Positions 1 to 13,628 are shown, numbered from the stretch's first letter. The stretch: 64,000 nt of DNA from Lama glama (GCA_028534125.1 CM052816.1:84136001-84200000); one strand, 5' to 3'. Made by a program: numbers and translations. Notes: a model not told the origin generated them from the sequence alone.

Positions 1-2300
1 TCTTTTAAACCTGTTACAATTTTTCTATGTGCTACTTACAAAATAAAACTTCAATTATTCTTAACTGTACATCTAAGGATTTTTGAACTCTAAAGGCTAG
101 CTATTATTAATGTACTATTTACAGCTCAATTTTTAAAAATGTATTTAATATTCAGCTTTAAATCTATATATGTAATGCTTATTAAGATATATCAGGAATA
201 TTTTGATTGAATATCACTTTTTGATAAATGTGAAAAAATTAATACCTATAATTTCCTGGACTCTATATTTTAGATATTTTAACATATTCAACACAATCAT
301 TTGCTGTGCAAAAATATAAACCTCCAATAATTTTCTATTCAACAGTCAGCGTTTTAGCAAAGTTTACTTTGGGTTTTTAAAATTCTTTTCAGTCCTTCTC
401 TTTTTCCTGTTTTAAATTCTCAGAGGATTAAATCCGTTAAAATGAAGCTCATCTTCAATTAGCAAGAAGAACATATGTATGCTCTTCATTAAAATCCCCA
501 GGTATCATGAGTAACAGTTCATTTCAGGTTTCAGATAATTAAAGCCTCATACACATTTTCTGATATTCCATCTGGCATTAGAGAGTATTCAACTATAGAC
601 CACTTGAGTTACCAGACAGATGAAAGCTTAATAACAAACGTTAATATTGAGAACACCTCCTTTTTGATGCTGCACAGATAAGTGCATTATTATAACCTCA
701 AATATCTTCGAACAAGAAAAAATAAATGATGGTGGATCTCATCTTCCTTGATAATGTTACTAGACAGTAACAATTAGAAGTCTCTTGAAATTTTCAGCAT
801 TAAATAGATTTTATATGGCCTCTAAAGTGGAAATGCAGGTACAAAATAAGTTTTCAGTACTTAAAGAAACACTGTTTCCATTGTTTCTGTTACACCTTCC
901 AACTAAAATGCTCCTCACTTTCACAGCCATTCAAATATGCATGTCATAAAAGCAGTGATCTTGTGACACTTGTCCTTTGAGTAAAGTCTAGTATATGATA
1001 CGTGCCCAATAAACATCAGTGAAATACTGTCTATTCTTCAACATCTGACATCTGAGACTGATGTTCCTCCTATTGTGCTAAGGAAATTTCAGGTAATTAT
1101 GTTTGCTATTTGATCTATTTTCTAATTTGCAATACTAAATATATTATAAAATGTTTCTCATATTTAAAATTGTATTTTATAATTACAAAGTATTCCAGGA
1201 AATCAGTCTTGCTTTTTAAGTAGAGTCAGAATCTTCCTTGATAAACATCACTTTCATATACTACATATTTGCTAAATATTTATATAACCATCAACATTTT
1301 TGGAAAAAATAAATCATCTAACATTGAATAATCTTTCATCCAATGTTAGGTACCAACATCTGATGAATCATCAGAAACCTATGGCTAAAATGTCCTTCCC
1401 TTTAAATGGAAGGTGAAGAACTTAATAGTAATGGATGTCCAGATAAAACTGCAAGGGAAAAATAATAAACTTTGATTTTAATGCACACTGGTCTTAAGAC
1501 AACAGTCATTTTACTGAGTATGTCTGTATAAATTAGCTGCATTCACCTCAAAGATTCATAGGTTCATTCTGGAGCATGTTTGGCCCTGTGATCTGCAGGT
1601 TCCTCCAGCTCATGCACTCCTACTTAGCAGGGATAGGGGTACCAGGGTAGGGCTCTTATTATTCTTTCTCCTCCATCACTTTAGTTGGGAAATATGCATT
1701 TACTGTGGAAAACTGAGAAGATTTGTGTCACAGAGAGACAGTTAATTGATTGAATTGTGAAATGGGATCTAATGGTCACATGTAATTGCAGAAACTGAAG
1801 TATTTGCCTGGATCAAATTCAGTACAGTTATTGAATTATTGTAGTTACTAAAAGGGCATTCTGAATTGCTGTTGTTTTGGAAATTAATGTTTTGAAATAA
1901 GGAGAAATAAAGAATGTAAACTAACTTCCATATAAACTTAAAGTTGGCATTGACCACTGTCATAAAGATGATTAATACTTTGTGGTCTAAAATAGCATCT
2001 CCTACAAATACCATAAACGTAAGTGATGTTTATTTATTTTAAAGTGGCTAGATGGTATGCCAATACAGGGATATGTAGAGGGGTAAGATAGAATGGGAAT
2101 AACATGAAAATGGGATGGTAAACTAAATGGATAATAGTTTTTCTACCACAGTAAACAGGCAAATTGGAAAGAGGCAAATACTGGATAACACAGGCCATGT
2201 CCAAGTATGGCATCAGGGAGTTATTGCAATTGCTACATAAAATTGTCAGGTTAGTCAAGGCAGTCTGATCAATGGCATCAGTGAGAATAAACAGAATTTA

Positions 2301-2485
2301 TTTATTTATTCATTTTAAATAAGCAAACTTATAATTATCTTGGTACTCCTTTTTTTTTACATTTTTTAATTGAGTTATAGTCATTTTACAATGTTCTGTC
2401 AAATTCCATTATAGGGCACAATTTTTCAGTTATACATGAACTATTCATTGTCACATTTTTTTTTTTTCGCTGTGAGCTACCACAA
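2301..2485 (-). mobile_element. 5'-truncated young L1 3' end with extra 3' tail, flanked by 12-bp TSD
   Basis: L1 3'UTR-like sequence 2350-2485 beginning with a T-run (ttttaattgagttatagtcattttacaatg...). AAACAGAATTTA occurs at both 2289-2300 and 2486-2497. Confidence 0.8.
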
Positions 2486-3112
2486 AAACAGAATTTAGAA
2501 CGAAGGCTGGGAGGGTGAAACTATCCTCAGGCTTCTGTTGCAGATTGAAAGGAATATCAAGAGGGGAGAAATGATTTCGTTCTTAAGAATAAATGTAAGA
2601 GATTTAGGGTGTGTTTTTTTTTCTTTTGGATAATTTTTACTTAAAGTACCAAACAAAATACTGCTTCTCTTAACAGTAAGCCATTTGTAATTTTCACAGA
2701 GATAAATACATATACATTTTTCCTTGCTATTGATAATATATTTTGGTACAACATTTTTCTTGGAAAAGCTGAGACTTCTTATTTTCTTGAGGATGTTACA
2801 GAGGAATTTTCAGTTTAACTCGTATTAACATAAGTGACTGCATGTAGAAAGGTTTATGTTTACTGAAAAAAATTATGCTTAAAATTTTTATCAGCAGAAA
2901 ACTGCATGGAGTAAAATGAGTTCTGAGTTTTAATTTTTAATAAGGGCACTTAAAAATTTCAAGTAGTGAATTTACAAAAACAAATTGATAACACGAGGAG
3001 ATCATAACACTATTTAAAATAATCCATTTTCTAACAAAAATAGAGGTAAATGTTTCTTTAAAATATGGAAGAAGATGTGTTTTAATCAGGGATATTAAAT
3101 TGAGGTAAATAC

Positions 3113-3505
3113 TGTGACGGGGCAAGGAGAATAAACGTTACCTCAGTTCTTAGTCACCCGAAAAAAATGAATTTCTAACGGAAGACAGAGAGCGTGGTAT
3201 AAACAAAATTTTATTAGTGAAGTAAAAAGGTAGTAAAATGTAGTACACCCCAAGAATTGGGGGCAGGAAAATCCAAGAGAGGAAAAATGGGGCCCCTCCT
3301 TTGTTTTTCCTGTTTTTATATCCTGGCTCAGGGGCACTAGAAGAGCACTAGGAGATCGCTCACCGCTGTGAGGCACTGCACTCCCTCGTCCACGGATTGT
3401 TTTCCCTTGAGTGAAGGACATCAGACTCCTTACTAAATTGCATTATTTTCGTCATTTGACAAGCTAGCTCTGCATAAGTATACTGATGACATTCACCATT
3501 TACCA
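3113..3505 (-). mobile_element. Solo LTR of an endogenous retrovirus (393 bp)
   Basis: TG...CA termini with AATAC on both sides (3108-3112, 3506-3510). Minus-strand TATAAA (3315-3320) precedes AATAAA (3210-3215). Higher GC/CpG than flanks. Confidence 0.8.
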
Positions 3506-3554
3506 AATACTTCCAATGGACTAAAGGCTAATTTAAAAATATATATATGTATAT

Positions 3555-3718
3555 ATTCGATTTCATTACAATTTCACAATCTGTCAAGAAATATGTCATC
3601 ACCTTCACTTTTCAGATGAAGGCATAAAGGCCGTGAGCTTTTAAACTGTCAATGGACTGAATAAGGATTTAAACAAAGTTCTTTCTGACACTAAGGGATG
3701 TATGTTTAACTACTACTG
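3555..3718 (-). mobile_element. MIR SINE fragment
   Basis: Core-like cacttttcagatgaaggcataaaggc and ggatttaaacaaagttctttctgac. Confidence 0.6.
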
Positions 3719-3753
3719 ATACACAGAACAGAGCAGGAAACTAGAGCGAGCAA

Positions 3754-3757
3754 GTGT

Positions 3758-3797
<40 letters not shown>
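3754..3797. repeat. (TG)n microsatellite
   Basis: About 21 GT units with one interruption. Confidence 0.97.
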
Positions 3798-3798
<1 letters not shown>

Positions 3799-6700
3799 CT
3801 GCTGTACTCTCAGCCTTTTTGATCAATATGCATTGCCCAGAAATGTATCCCTTACAATATTTGCCCCCTGGAATGAATCAGGCCATGCCTAGCATGCTAT
3901 AATCCATTTTCCAGCTTCCTGTAGACAGGTTTAGAGTGTAATTCTTGTTTTTCCCTCTTTCCCATATGTCTTTTGAACCTCAAGGTCCCCAGTAGTGGAA
4001 TTTACCTTTCTCTTCTGCTGCAAATCCTGAGGGTTGGTGAAAAATTGGTTCTTTCCTGTAGCCTGATTGAAAGGGGTATGAATTCAAATCACTTCCTAGT
4101 TTAAATTGGCTTTTCATTGATGGAGTTCTTCCTCACATATCTGTCCCGGCTGATGGCTGAGATTTTTCACTGCTAAGGGCTTTGGCTTTCTTCAGAGGAA
4201 AAGCACTATCTACGTGCAAAATGTTACAATTAATATTAAAATGAGATTCCACTGGGTTTAAAAAGTCTCTATTTAAAAGAAGCACAAGGAATTGCAGAAG
4301 AAAAGCAGCATGTGGCTTTTTGCATTTTATAGATATGCTTTTTTCACAAAGTGGAAATGGTTTTTCAACATATGTAATTTTTAGAAGAGAAACATAAAAA
4401 AACTACATATGCAAACAGAATATTAAGAATTAAGAGATATTAAAAAGGAACTCTGTAGTTAAGGTATTTTTCATATTACACACATTTTAAATTTAAACTG
4501 ACACAGAAATTTCCCTTTGCTCTCTTCTATAGCTTTTTTAACTGATCATACATGCACTTGACTATAACCACTGCATCAACAGTTTTGAATAGTAAGAAAT
4601 GTCTCATTGTTTCTTAAATACAGTAATGATATGGAATGAAGCAGTGAGAAAAACACCAACATAATCCTCTAAAAATAGTGAAAGTGTTGCTCATCTAGTT
4701 CTGAGTTCTGCCTTTGTTCAATATGAAAATAAAGTTCTGCTTGACGAATACAAAAGAAATCTTTAAGTGTTTTGAATAATTCAGTGTCTACATAATAGAA
4801 TTATTCAAACTTGTGTGAATTTTGAATTTAGCCAACTTGTACAATAATATGGTTCTTTAGAAGACGTGAATAAATCATGCCCATTACAATGTTTTCCTAA
4901 AAAAAAGTTGCACTTCATAATTTCGTGATATAAATATTAGTAAAATGCATCCCTCTTTAAATATAATATAAAAACAGTTTCAATAAGCACCTTTCCTTCC
5001 TTATCTGTTTATGTATCCCTCTACCTGTGTGTAAATAACTATGGCTGTTACATTAGCTGTTCCTTCAAACAATGTAGATCTCTAACCACTGAATCACAAG
5101 ATCTATGACATTTGACAAGCAATTATATCTTTTCAGAGAGAAAGTCAAATAAAACTACAGGTACTATAAAATAAATTTTTAGTCTGATAGTCTGAATTTT
5201 AATCAAATCATGTTCAAAAGTATTATATTAAAGATTAAAAAATCAGAGACCTTTCATGAAATTCCATCCATTCGACAGATGTAATTTAGTAATAAATTTT
5301 ACTTATTCAAGAATATTTTATTATTTTGATGTAGTGTAATCTCATTATTAAAAAAAAAAAAACTCCAAAAACGTGAGTTTTGGAGTGCATGTATTATCCA
5401 CAAAATGTAATTGTATGAGTTAACACAAAAAATGAATGCAAGACAAAGTATTTGATACTGGATCTATTTCCTCTTCCTGGGTTGAATATTTATGAGTTCA
5501 CTGAGGTAGGTCTCCAAAAACAGATTTTTGATGGTAAATTCAAACTTCCAATATTGTTAACACATTTGACAGGTGATGGAAATCACTTTCCAGATGTCAT
5601 GATATCTGTCTTACATGTTGTTAAGAAATAAAACTGCTACGGAAAGAAGAAAGGGTTTTGACAGATTTAAGTGCTAAAAAGGAAGAATGATTATAAAGCA
5701 TAGTCTTCAATATTTGGGGCTAGCTGGCTTTTGTAAGCAAGCTTAATTGTTTTTTTTTTACTTTCTTGATGCCTTCAAATCTCTGTTGTATACTAGCTGA
5801 AGATCAGAGTAGCTTCACTGGTTATCTCCATTTATTTGAGGGAGGGAGAACAAGAGAGAAAGAGAAAGAGAGAAAAAACTGTTAAGTCCCTTTCCAATGA
5901 GATGATCTGGTTTTTCATTATTTTATCTGGTTACTGTTCAACTGCAGAACCATATGTCAAAGTACAAATTTCCAATATCAGTGAAGGTAGTTCATCTACA
6001 GGTTAAAAAAGTGACATTTCATAAATATATACACATTTATATATGTAATATTAATTTAGAGTAAAACAATTTGTTTCTGGAAAAGTTTTCGGGAATGAGT
6101 TGTATTCACTTTTAAGAAAAATGGCTATTTATTTAGTAAACTTAATACTTTTTAAATGTTTTTATTTTGAGAATACTGCATATGTATCTGTACATACATA
6201 AATTCATAGAATAAAACTGATCAAAAATTACTGTTTGTGGTGCTTTTGGGTTTTTTTTTTGGTTTTGTGTGATACATATACTTCAAATATGTAATGGGTA
6301 TTTAAAATTTCATTACAAAAAGATGAAAGCAAACACTAAAACACAGTTATGTTGCATATGTATTTACCTACTTTTATTTACTTATTGATTGATACACCAA
6401 ACTTTTGGGTTCCAGTAATGCTATCCATGTGAAGGAAGAGGAATAGAGAACCAGAACACGTTTCCATATTATAGCTCATAATCATTAGTTACAGTGCATG
6501 AATGGAGACTCCATGTCATAAAAATTCTAATGTCTTTCTCTTGTAAATATGCCAGATGCTAAGTCATATCGTTTCGAAGGTTTGAAAATAATTATTCAAA
6601 TCATTTCTCTGTCATTATATTCTCTGGTGTGATACAAAGTTGAAGTTGATAAATACAAATTGCTCTCTCATTCTGAATATAAACTTAAGACCTTTGTTTA

Positions 6701-9099
6701 AATAAGTGGAAGAAAAATGAAAAAAACAATATGTATGCTAAAGAATCTATTCAGACAGTATTTCTGTATCCTGTATAATATTTATCCACTTAGTAAACAA
6801 CAACTATTTATAATAAACACCATAATCTCTTAAACTCACCTCTATGTGTCACAGTACAATCAATTATGATAACTGGCCAGGAAAATAATAGAACTATTTA
6901 GGTCACATTTAGATGGCTGTGCTATTTTGACTGAGAAATGACTATACACTATTATAGCCTAAACAGTCATTGACATTAATTTCAGATTATATTTCAAATT
7001 AAGTATAGAAAAATTAAATCATTATAAAATAATAAATTAGAAGATAAAATAGCATAACACATCTTTTAAGAATTTTTTTTTCTATTTTATATATGGCATA
7101 TAAAAGTAATCAGATGAAGATTCTTCAATAACTTATCTCCTAAATGTATATTTTCTTACTTTGAATTTCTATCATATTGTTTTAACATACATGTGAAATT
7201 GTTATGCAAATTAAAATGAGTCCACAGCTAGTCCTCTTCACATATCAATTCACTTAAAACTCTATATCTCACTTCCTCTCTCCTCTTACATACAAATCAA
7301 AGAGAGAGGTAACTAACCTGGCTCTACCTGATTCATCCATTTTCTTAAGTGAATAAAGTATTGAACAGTTCTTCAATGAATAAGTACGGTGGATGTCAAA
7401 CTTGGCATGCCAAAGACATACTAACATATCAAAATGTGGGTGATGAAGATAAATGTCCAAGTTATTTATGCTTGGAATGCAACTGGCAGAGCAATCGCTG
7501 ACTGGATTTATAGGGTGAGAGCCCCAGACATGTCCTACTAAACATACAATTCCCTTGGAGCCAAGATCATACATTTAATGAGCATTTACAAAATTAAAGT
7601 TAGATTGAAAACAAATATTCTCATCTAGTCTATAAGCAATTATTTGTGGGTACAAAAAAGTGCTGGCAAATATTAAATTTCAGCACATTTTGAGGCTACA
7701 GTTGTGAATATGGAAGAATGGTATTTTAATACCAGATAGATTAAGGCCACTTCCTTTAGTAAGTTTTATTTATCTGCAGAACAAATGGTTACTAAGACGT
7801 CATTTGTTACTATAATTACAGCAATATGTCTTCCACTTGCCTAGAGCAAAAAGTTTGCTTTAATTAATACCTCAGTCTTATGATTAAAACATCAAACACT
7901 ACATATGCTAAATTCTCACACCACAAACAGCACAAACACATGGACTGCTTGAAAATATTAGCTACAGATGTTGCTCTGGTCATCAGGGTTTACTGAAAAT
8001 CTCTTGAAAAAAACTTTATAATCTCTTCTGTGCAAGTACTCGGCTGTCATTTATAGTTGATAATGTTTGAAAAAAAATCGTAAAAAATATTGAATTGGAA
8101 ATTTAGCATGAACAGAATTTGAAACCCTACAATGTTAAATGGTTATTTCAAAAGAATAACTCCTGCCTTAAATGTAGTTTGCATAAAATATAGATTATTT
8201 TATTTTTACTTGACAATTTGAAATGTGTCTGAAGATTTTGCCATTAAGTATTTACATTACGGTCAAAGAAAAGAGAATTAGATAAAATCTAAATCATTAG
8301 GCTACTTTTAAATTTCAAGTCAATCAACAAGAATTATATAACTAATTAGAGATGGCAGAACTCTCAGGGCCTGCTTATCTGGTAATAATTTTCCTATTTC
8401 ACCCAAATACATGAACTATACACAATTGAAGGAATTTAGCGAAGGCATCAGAGATGATGGAAATTTGTAAAAATGTTTAGATACATATTACAGGTTTCGT
8501 TGAGTCAAGGACAATGTTGGGAGAACAGGCAGATGACTGGTGTGCTGGGCTCCTCTTCTTCCTGGAGCCTCAGTATTTACTGGGGACCCAGAAGGGACAG
8601 AATTTACCTAAGAGAAGAATCATCACACTAAGATGATATTCTATTTATATATAGGTGATATTTGTGATATTCTCCTCCCTTTCTCTCTTTCACCTGATTT
8701 TTATCTTGAGTTATTTATAATATCACCACCATCTTTTGACAGCATCTGCAGAATTGGATATGATCTCTTTTTTCCTCTATCTCGAGAAACAAAATTTCAT
8801 ATTTCAGTTACAATATTAATAAAATCATGAAAAAGAATCCAAGTTTTCCTAATGGTTAACATCAAATAATCATTTTAATTTGAGCAATAATATTATTAGG
8901 CATTTCATGTGTGTCTAAAGCAGTCGTTCGGTGGTCTCAGTAGCATCGCCATGGGTTTATATTCTTAATGATATATGAAGACATAACTTAAGTGAGACTC
9001 ATAGGTTTTGACTGCATTATTGACTATTTTATGATATTATTGCTGCTTCTGATCCCTTAATCACTAGCACACTCCATCCAAAAGAAAAGGAAAAGAAGT

Positions 9100-9910
9100 A
9101 TTAATGATATTAAATCCATTGACAGTGTTGTCAGCTATCACCAACATCCATCTCCCTACCTCTTTTTTTATCTTGTAAAACTGAAATTCTATATCCATTA
9201 AACATTAATACTCCAGGTTCACCTTCCCCCAGCTCCTGTTTCTATGATTTTGACTAGTCTAAGTATCTCACAGAAGTGGAATCACCCAGTATTTGTCTTT
9301 TTGTGACTGGTTATTTCATTTAACCTAATTTCCTCAAGAATATGCATGCTGTGGCATATGTCAGAATGTTCTTCCTTTTGAAGGCTGATTAATACTCCTA
9401 AAACTCAACAACAAAAAACAAATAACCTAATTCAAAAATGGGCAGAGGACTTGAATAGACATTTTTCCAAAGAAAATATACAGATAACTAGTAAGCATAT
9501 TAAAAGATGCTAAATATCACTAATAATTAAGGCAATGAAAATCAAAACTACAATGAGATGTTACGTCACACTGGTTAGGATAGCTACTATTGAAAAAAAA
9601 ACAAAAACAGAAAATAAAGAGTCAGTGAACATGTGGAGAAACTGGGACTCTATGGACTGTTGGCTACAACCTTGTGGAAAATAGCTTGGTGGTTCTTTAA
9701 AAAATTGAAGATAGACTTACCCTATAATCCTGCAATTCTACAAATATAGGTACACAAATATTTCTGTGAGATTTTGCTATCAGTTCTTTTGGATATATAA
9801 ATATTTGTGTACCTATATTTGTAGCAGCATTATTCTCAGTAGCTAAAAGGCAGAAGTAACCACAGTGTCCTTGATGAATGAGTGGATAAATAAAATGTGG
9901 TATATACTAT
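9100..9910 (-). mobile_element. Old L1 (L1MB-like) 3' portion with inverted 5' segment
   Basis: 9100-9397 is L1 3'UTR on the minus strand. 9398-9910 is ORF2-end/3'UTR on the plus strand (aaaatgggcagaggacttgaatagacatttttccaaagaa). Confidence 0.85.
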
Positions 9911-10049
9911 ATTTTAAACAAGTTGAACAAATATAAATTTCATTCAACTAGAATAAATTCTCTTTTGCCTCCTGAAAAATCTCCATTTCTTTTAGACTGA
10001 TTTCTCTTTGTTAATCTATCCTTGTGTTTTTCTTCTATACTGAATTATA

Positions 10050-10720
10050 AATGTTTTATAATAAAAAATGTAGAAAACACACTGTATAATGAAAAATAAA
10101 TATAAGACAACTATGTAATTGTTATACACAGTTAACAACACTGACACTTTATAACATCCTCCCAAATTCTCTTAATAAATAAAATTCATTAGAAATAACA
10201 TGATATCCTAATAATGATATATTTCAGTTTTTCTAACTACTTTGAATATATTTTACTTTTCATATAAATACATTCATACAATTTATAAGAATCACTGTTT
10301 ACCTAATATTTTGACAACTCAACCAAGACCTGAAAATATTTTATTGCTGTTTTAATTTAATATTTTATTGCCTTTTTAATTTCTCTTTATAAGAAAGTGA
10401 GTACCTTTTCATATATTTATCAGCCAATTACAGTTCCTTTTCTATAAACTGTCAGTTCAAATCATTGCTTGTTAAGATGGTTGGTTCTATTCTAATTCAC
10501 TTACAGCAATTCATATTTATTAGAATTAGTTCTTTACCTATGATCTCTGCTACAGACATTTCCATCCATTTTCCAGTGTGGTATTTAGCCATGATTTTCC
10601 TTTGTGTGTATGGCAGACATTTTTTTCCTTGATTTTTGCATATAGTTAAAATGTTTAGTCTCATATGTCTACTTGGTTTTCTGTCATAATAAGATTAAAT
10701 ATATGTATAGCTATTACTCT
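10050..10720 (-). mobile_element. Highly decayed L1 (L1ME-like) fragment
   Basis: Motifs such as gagtaccttttcatatatttatcagccaatt and tctataaactgtcagttcaaatc resemble antisense old L1. Confidence 0.55.
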
Positions 10721-11847
10721 CAGATTTTAATTGGTTCACTTTTGAATTTTATCTTTAACATAGGAGGGGATTTGTAAGGGTAAAGGATGAGAAAGAAATC
10801 ATTATACCTGATGGATGACAGCTGGTAGCTGGCCTCGCCACTCCTAGGTAGGGCCATGTGGTTCCCCTACTGACATTAGCAATTTCACCGAAAATAAATA
10901 TCTGACTAGAACTGTCTGTGACATGGATACAAAAACAACAAAGAAGATAACCCACAATCATTTCTAATTAGAGACTAGAAACAAAGGTACCACACAAACA
11001 CAGAAAGGACCAAACATGACCATGGTTTCGTACCTAGGGTGATGTCCCTTGTTTCAGTAAGTAATAGACCCAACTTCGTCTGGCTACACGTATGCTCCTG
11101 GGGTCTTCAGCTTGCAGACATCAACTGGAGTGAATGTGAATCTAAAGCTATTTTTTCTAGATGGCTACCTATCTTATCAACATCTTACTATACTTCCCTT
11201 GTCAATTTCAGAATACAAACTGGTATATATCATTTGCATATTAAAGGTAAATGGAATTAGGAAATTAACACAAACATCCCATGTAAATGAAAAACTAAGG
11301 AATTCATAAATAATACATAAATAGTTGGATGCCTTTGAAAGGAAAAACAAACAGTGGTAATAACATAGAGTTTTAATATACCCTTATTCTTTCACTTTAT
11401 AATACAGCTATAGAAGAATAAAATGTCCAGATGCCTTTGGAAATGGTGTTGTATATAGTCTTTGCCATCTTAAATTTTACAAATGACATAAAATGTCCCT
11501 TTATATTATAAAAGGAAGGATAAAAGAAATAATTCAGTTTGTCTTGACATTCTCCAAAAACTAACTCAAAACTATTTTGAGCTGTATTATTAATTACACT
11601 TTCTCAAAAGAGAAATTCAGCCTTCTTTAAATTGAACATATTAAAACATATATAGTTACAATTTTATAATTTTCAGAATTAATAACAAACCTACTCAAGA
11701 TCAATCACAAAGATTACTACAAGATTTATCTCTTTCTTTTAGCTGAATAACTTCATCAATCTGGGACAACATGGTGAATTTCTGTGACAATTTTCTGAAG
11801 TTATATTATATCAAGAGATAAAGCCCTCACTGTTCATAATGTTTAAA

Positions 11848-11999
11848 GTTTTTTTAAAATTTATGTTATTTTTAAGCTTTCTTTGGGGGGGAGGCAATTA
11901 TGTTTAACTGATTGATTGATTTATGGAAGTACTGGTGATTGAACACAGGACTTTATGTTTGCTAAGCACCCATGCTACCACTGAGCTGTACCCTCCCCC
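11848..11999 (-). mobile_element. Camelid tRNA-derived SINE (vic-1-like)
   Basis: Minus strand reads GGGGAGGGTACAGCTCAGTGGTAGCATG (A box) ... GTGTTCAATCACC (degenerate B box), then (AATC)n, a C-run and an AT tail. Confidence 0.85.
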
Positions 12000-12185
12000 G
12001 ACCCCATAATCTGGTTTTGATCCAAGGAACATAATTAAGTGCATAACTACATACTGTATGTTAAAACTCAATGGGAATGTTACTGTCTTCCATTTTTTGC
12101 CTTCAGTCATAAACGTAATGCATTAACCAGAGTTATTTAGTTTTTATCACAATAAAGGAAATTGGCCACCGTTTTCAATTAAGCT

Positions 12186-13020
12186 TTGTGTGGAAATGTT
12201 ACTAAATTTTTTGAAAGTACAGATTTTATGTGTCACTGTCATAATTCTGATGAAATTGTGAAGGCAAGACATTGGCAAGAACCCAAACATTGGGGTCCCT
12301 TTGAACACTGTCAACTGGATTTCATGCATCTAACCTGCAATACATTTAAATTATGTTCCTCTCATTATGTGCTTATTCTTGGGTTGAACGGGATGTTTTC
12401 CTTACTGGAGCTCTATGGAACTAACAATAATAAAGAACTGCTTAATTTTGTATTCTCAATCTGGGAAATTGCAAAACAACTCTCTAATGATAAAGGCCCC
12501 CATTTTACTGGGGCCATTATAAATATAGTGGTAAAGATATTAATTGCCTTAGCAATTAATGATTGAAATCTAACTGTCCCCATCACCTCCAATCTTTGGA
12601 AAAGGTAGTAAGTACAAGTGGAATTCTGAAACTAAAATTGGCAAAGCTTTCAGAGACTTTTATGGCCAAAGATATTGCTACTGCCTTTAAGGACAGCGAT
12701 ATTGACATCTTCTGGGTTTAACACTCCCCTTAAAAATTACTAACAAGCCATCCTGTGTTTCTGGAAATAGCACTGCCAGTTCTAATATTCATATTCTGTC
12801 AAGTAGACATGAACAAATGTCACAAGGGGTGCATGCAACAGATCTAGTACTGCCAGCAGGTGTGGGCAGCCTTTCCTCAAAATCCAACATCTTCCTAAAC
12901 AACCTCTGAATGAACAAAATCTACAAACCTGGTCTCTGAGGCAACACCAGAGAAAGATGCTATGTGAACTCCAACAGAAAGGACCTTATCAGAGACTGTT
13001 AATGACTACCACACCAGTGA
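12186..13020 (+). pseudogene. pol: Retroviral integrase remnant (frameshifts and stops)
   Basis: GPFEHCQLDFMHL, SNDKGPHFTG, NCPHHLQSLEKVVSTSGILKLKLAKLSE, WPKILL and KGPYQRLL match the gamma-type integrase core and the C-terminal GPY motif. Confidence 0.85.
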
Positions 13021-13500
13021 ACACCAAAAATTTCATTCCTGTGTCAATGGTACCCAGGCAGAGACACAGTAATTCTCAAATCACTTAAGACTGGCAAGCT
13101 GAAGTGTCTCAGAAATCTTCTATAGCAAGTAGTCTTCAGGAGGGAGGTATCTTCCACATAAGATTCAAATGGCTAAATCCACGTACTGTCATGCTTTAAT
13201 ATGCCAGCATCTATTTTTCCTAACTACTTTCTTTTCTTTTTTGCTAGTTGAAAATATTGGATGATTAACAGGCATCTATTACCTATAGGTCCCACATTCT
13301 TAAAATTGTGTTCTGCCTTACTTATTCACTTCCTGCCATTAGTCAATAACTATTTGCAAGATTTTCATGATTTGACCCAAGTGAATGACTAAACTCACTT
13401 GTTGGATATATGCACCCTTTCCTTCTGAAGTCACCAAGCTTCCTTTGTTACTATATATATTTAATTTGCATTATTTTTCTTTTTAAAATAAAGGATGCAC

Positions 13501-13628
13501 TCTTTTTGCGGGGGGGGGAGAGTAAATAAGCTTATTTATTTATTTATTTTTAATGGAGGTATCGGGGAATCGAACCCAGGACCCCCAGCATGCTGAGCAT
13601 GCCCTCTACTGCTGAGCTGTACTTCCCC
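13501..13628 (-). mobile_element. Camelid tRNA-derived SINE (vic-1-like)
   Basis: Minus strand GGGGAAGTACAGCTCAGCAGTAGAG...GGGTTCGATTCCCCGATACCTCCA is a tRNA-Ala-like head with A and B boxes, followed by (AAAT)n and a C-run. Confidence 0.9.

Noticed and set aside
7269..7574. 101-aa ORF or minus-strand micro-exon near 7318-7343
   Set aside because: No recognisable homology, and the splice-like motifs are too short to support a call.
13554..13628. tRNA-Ala gene
   Set aside because: The stems are degenerate, the tail is SINE-type and a sister copy lies at 11.9 kb, so it is a SINE.
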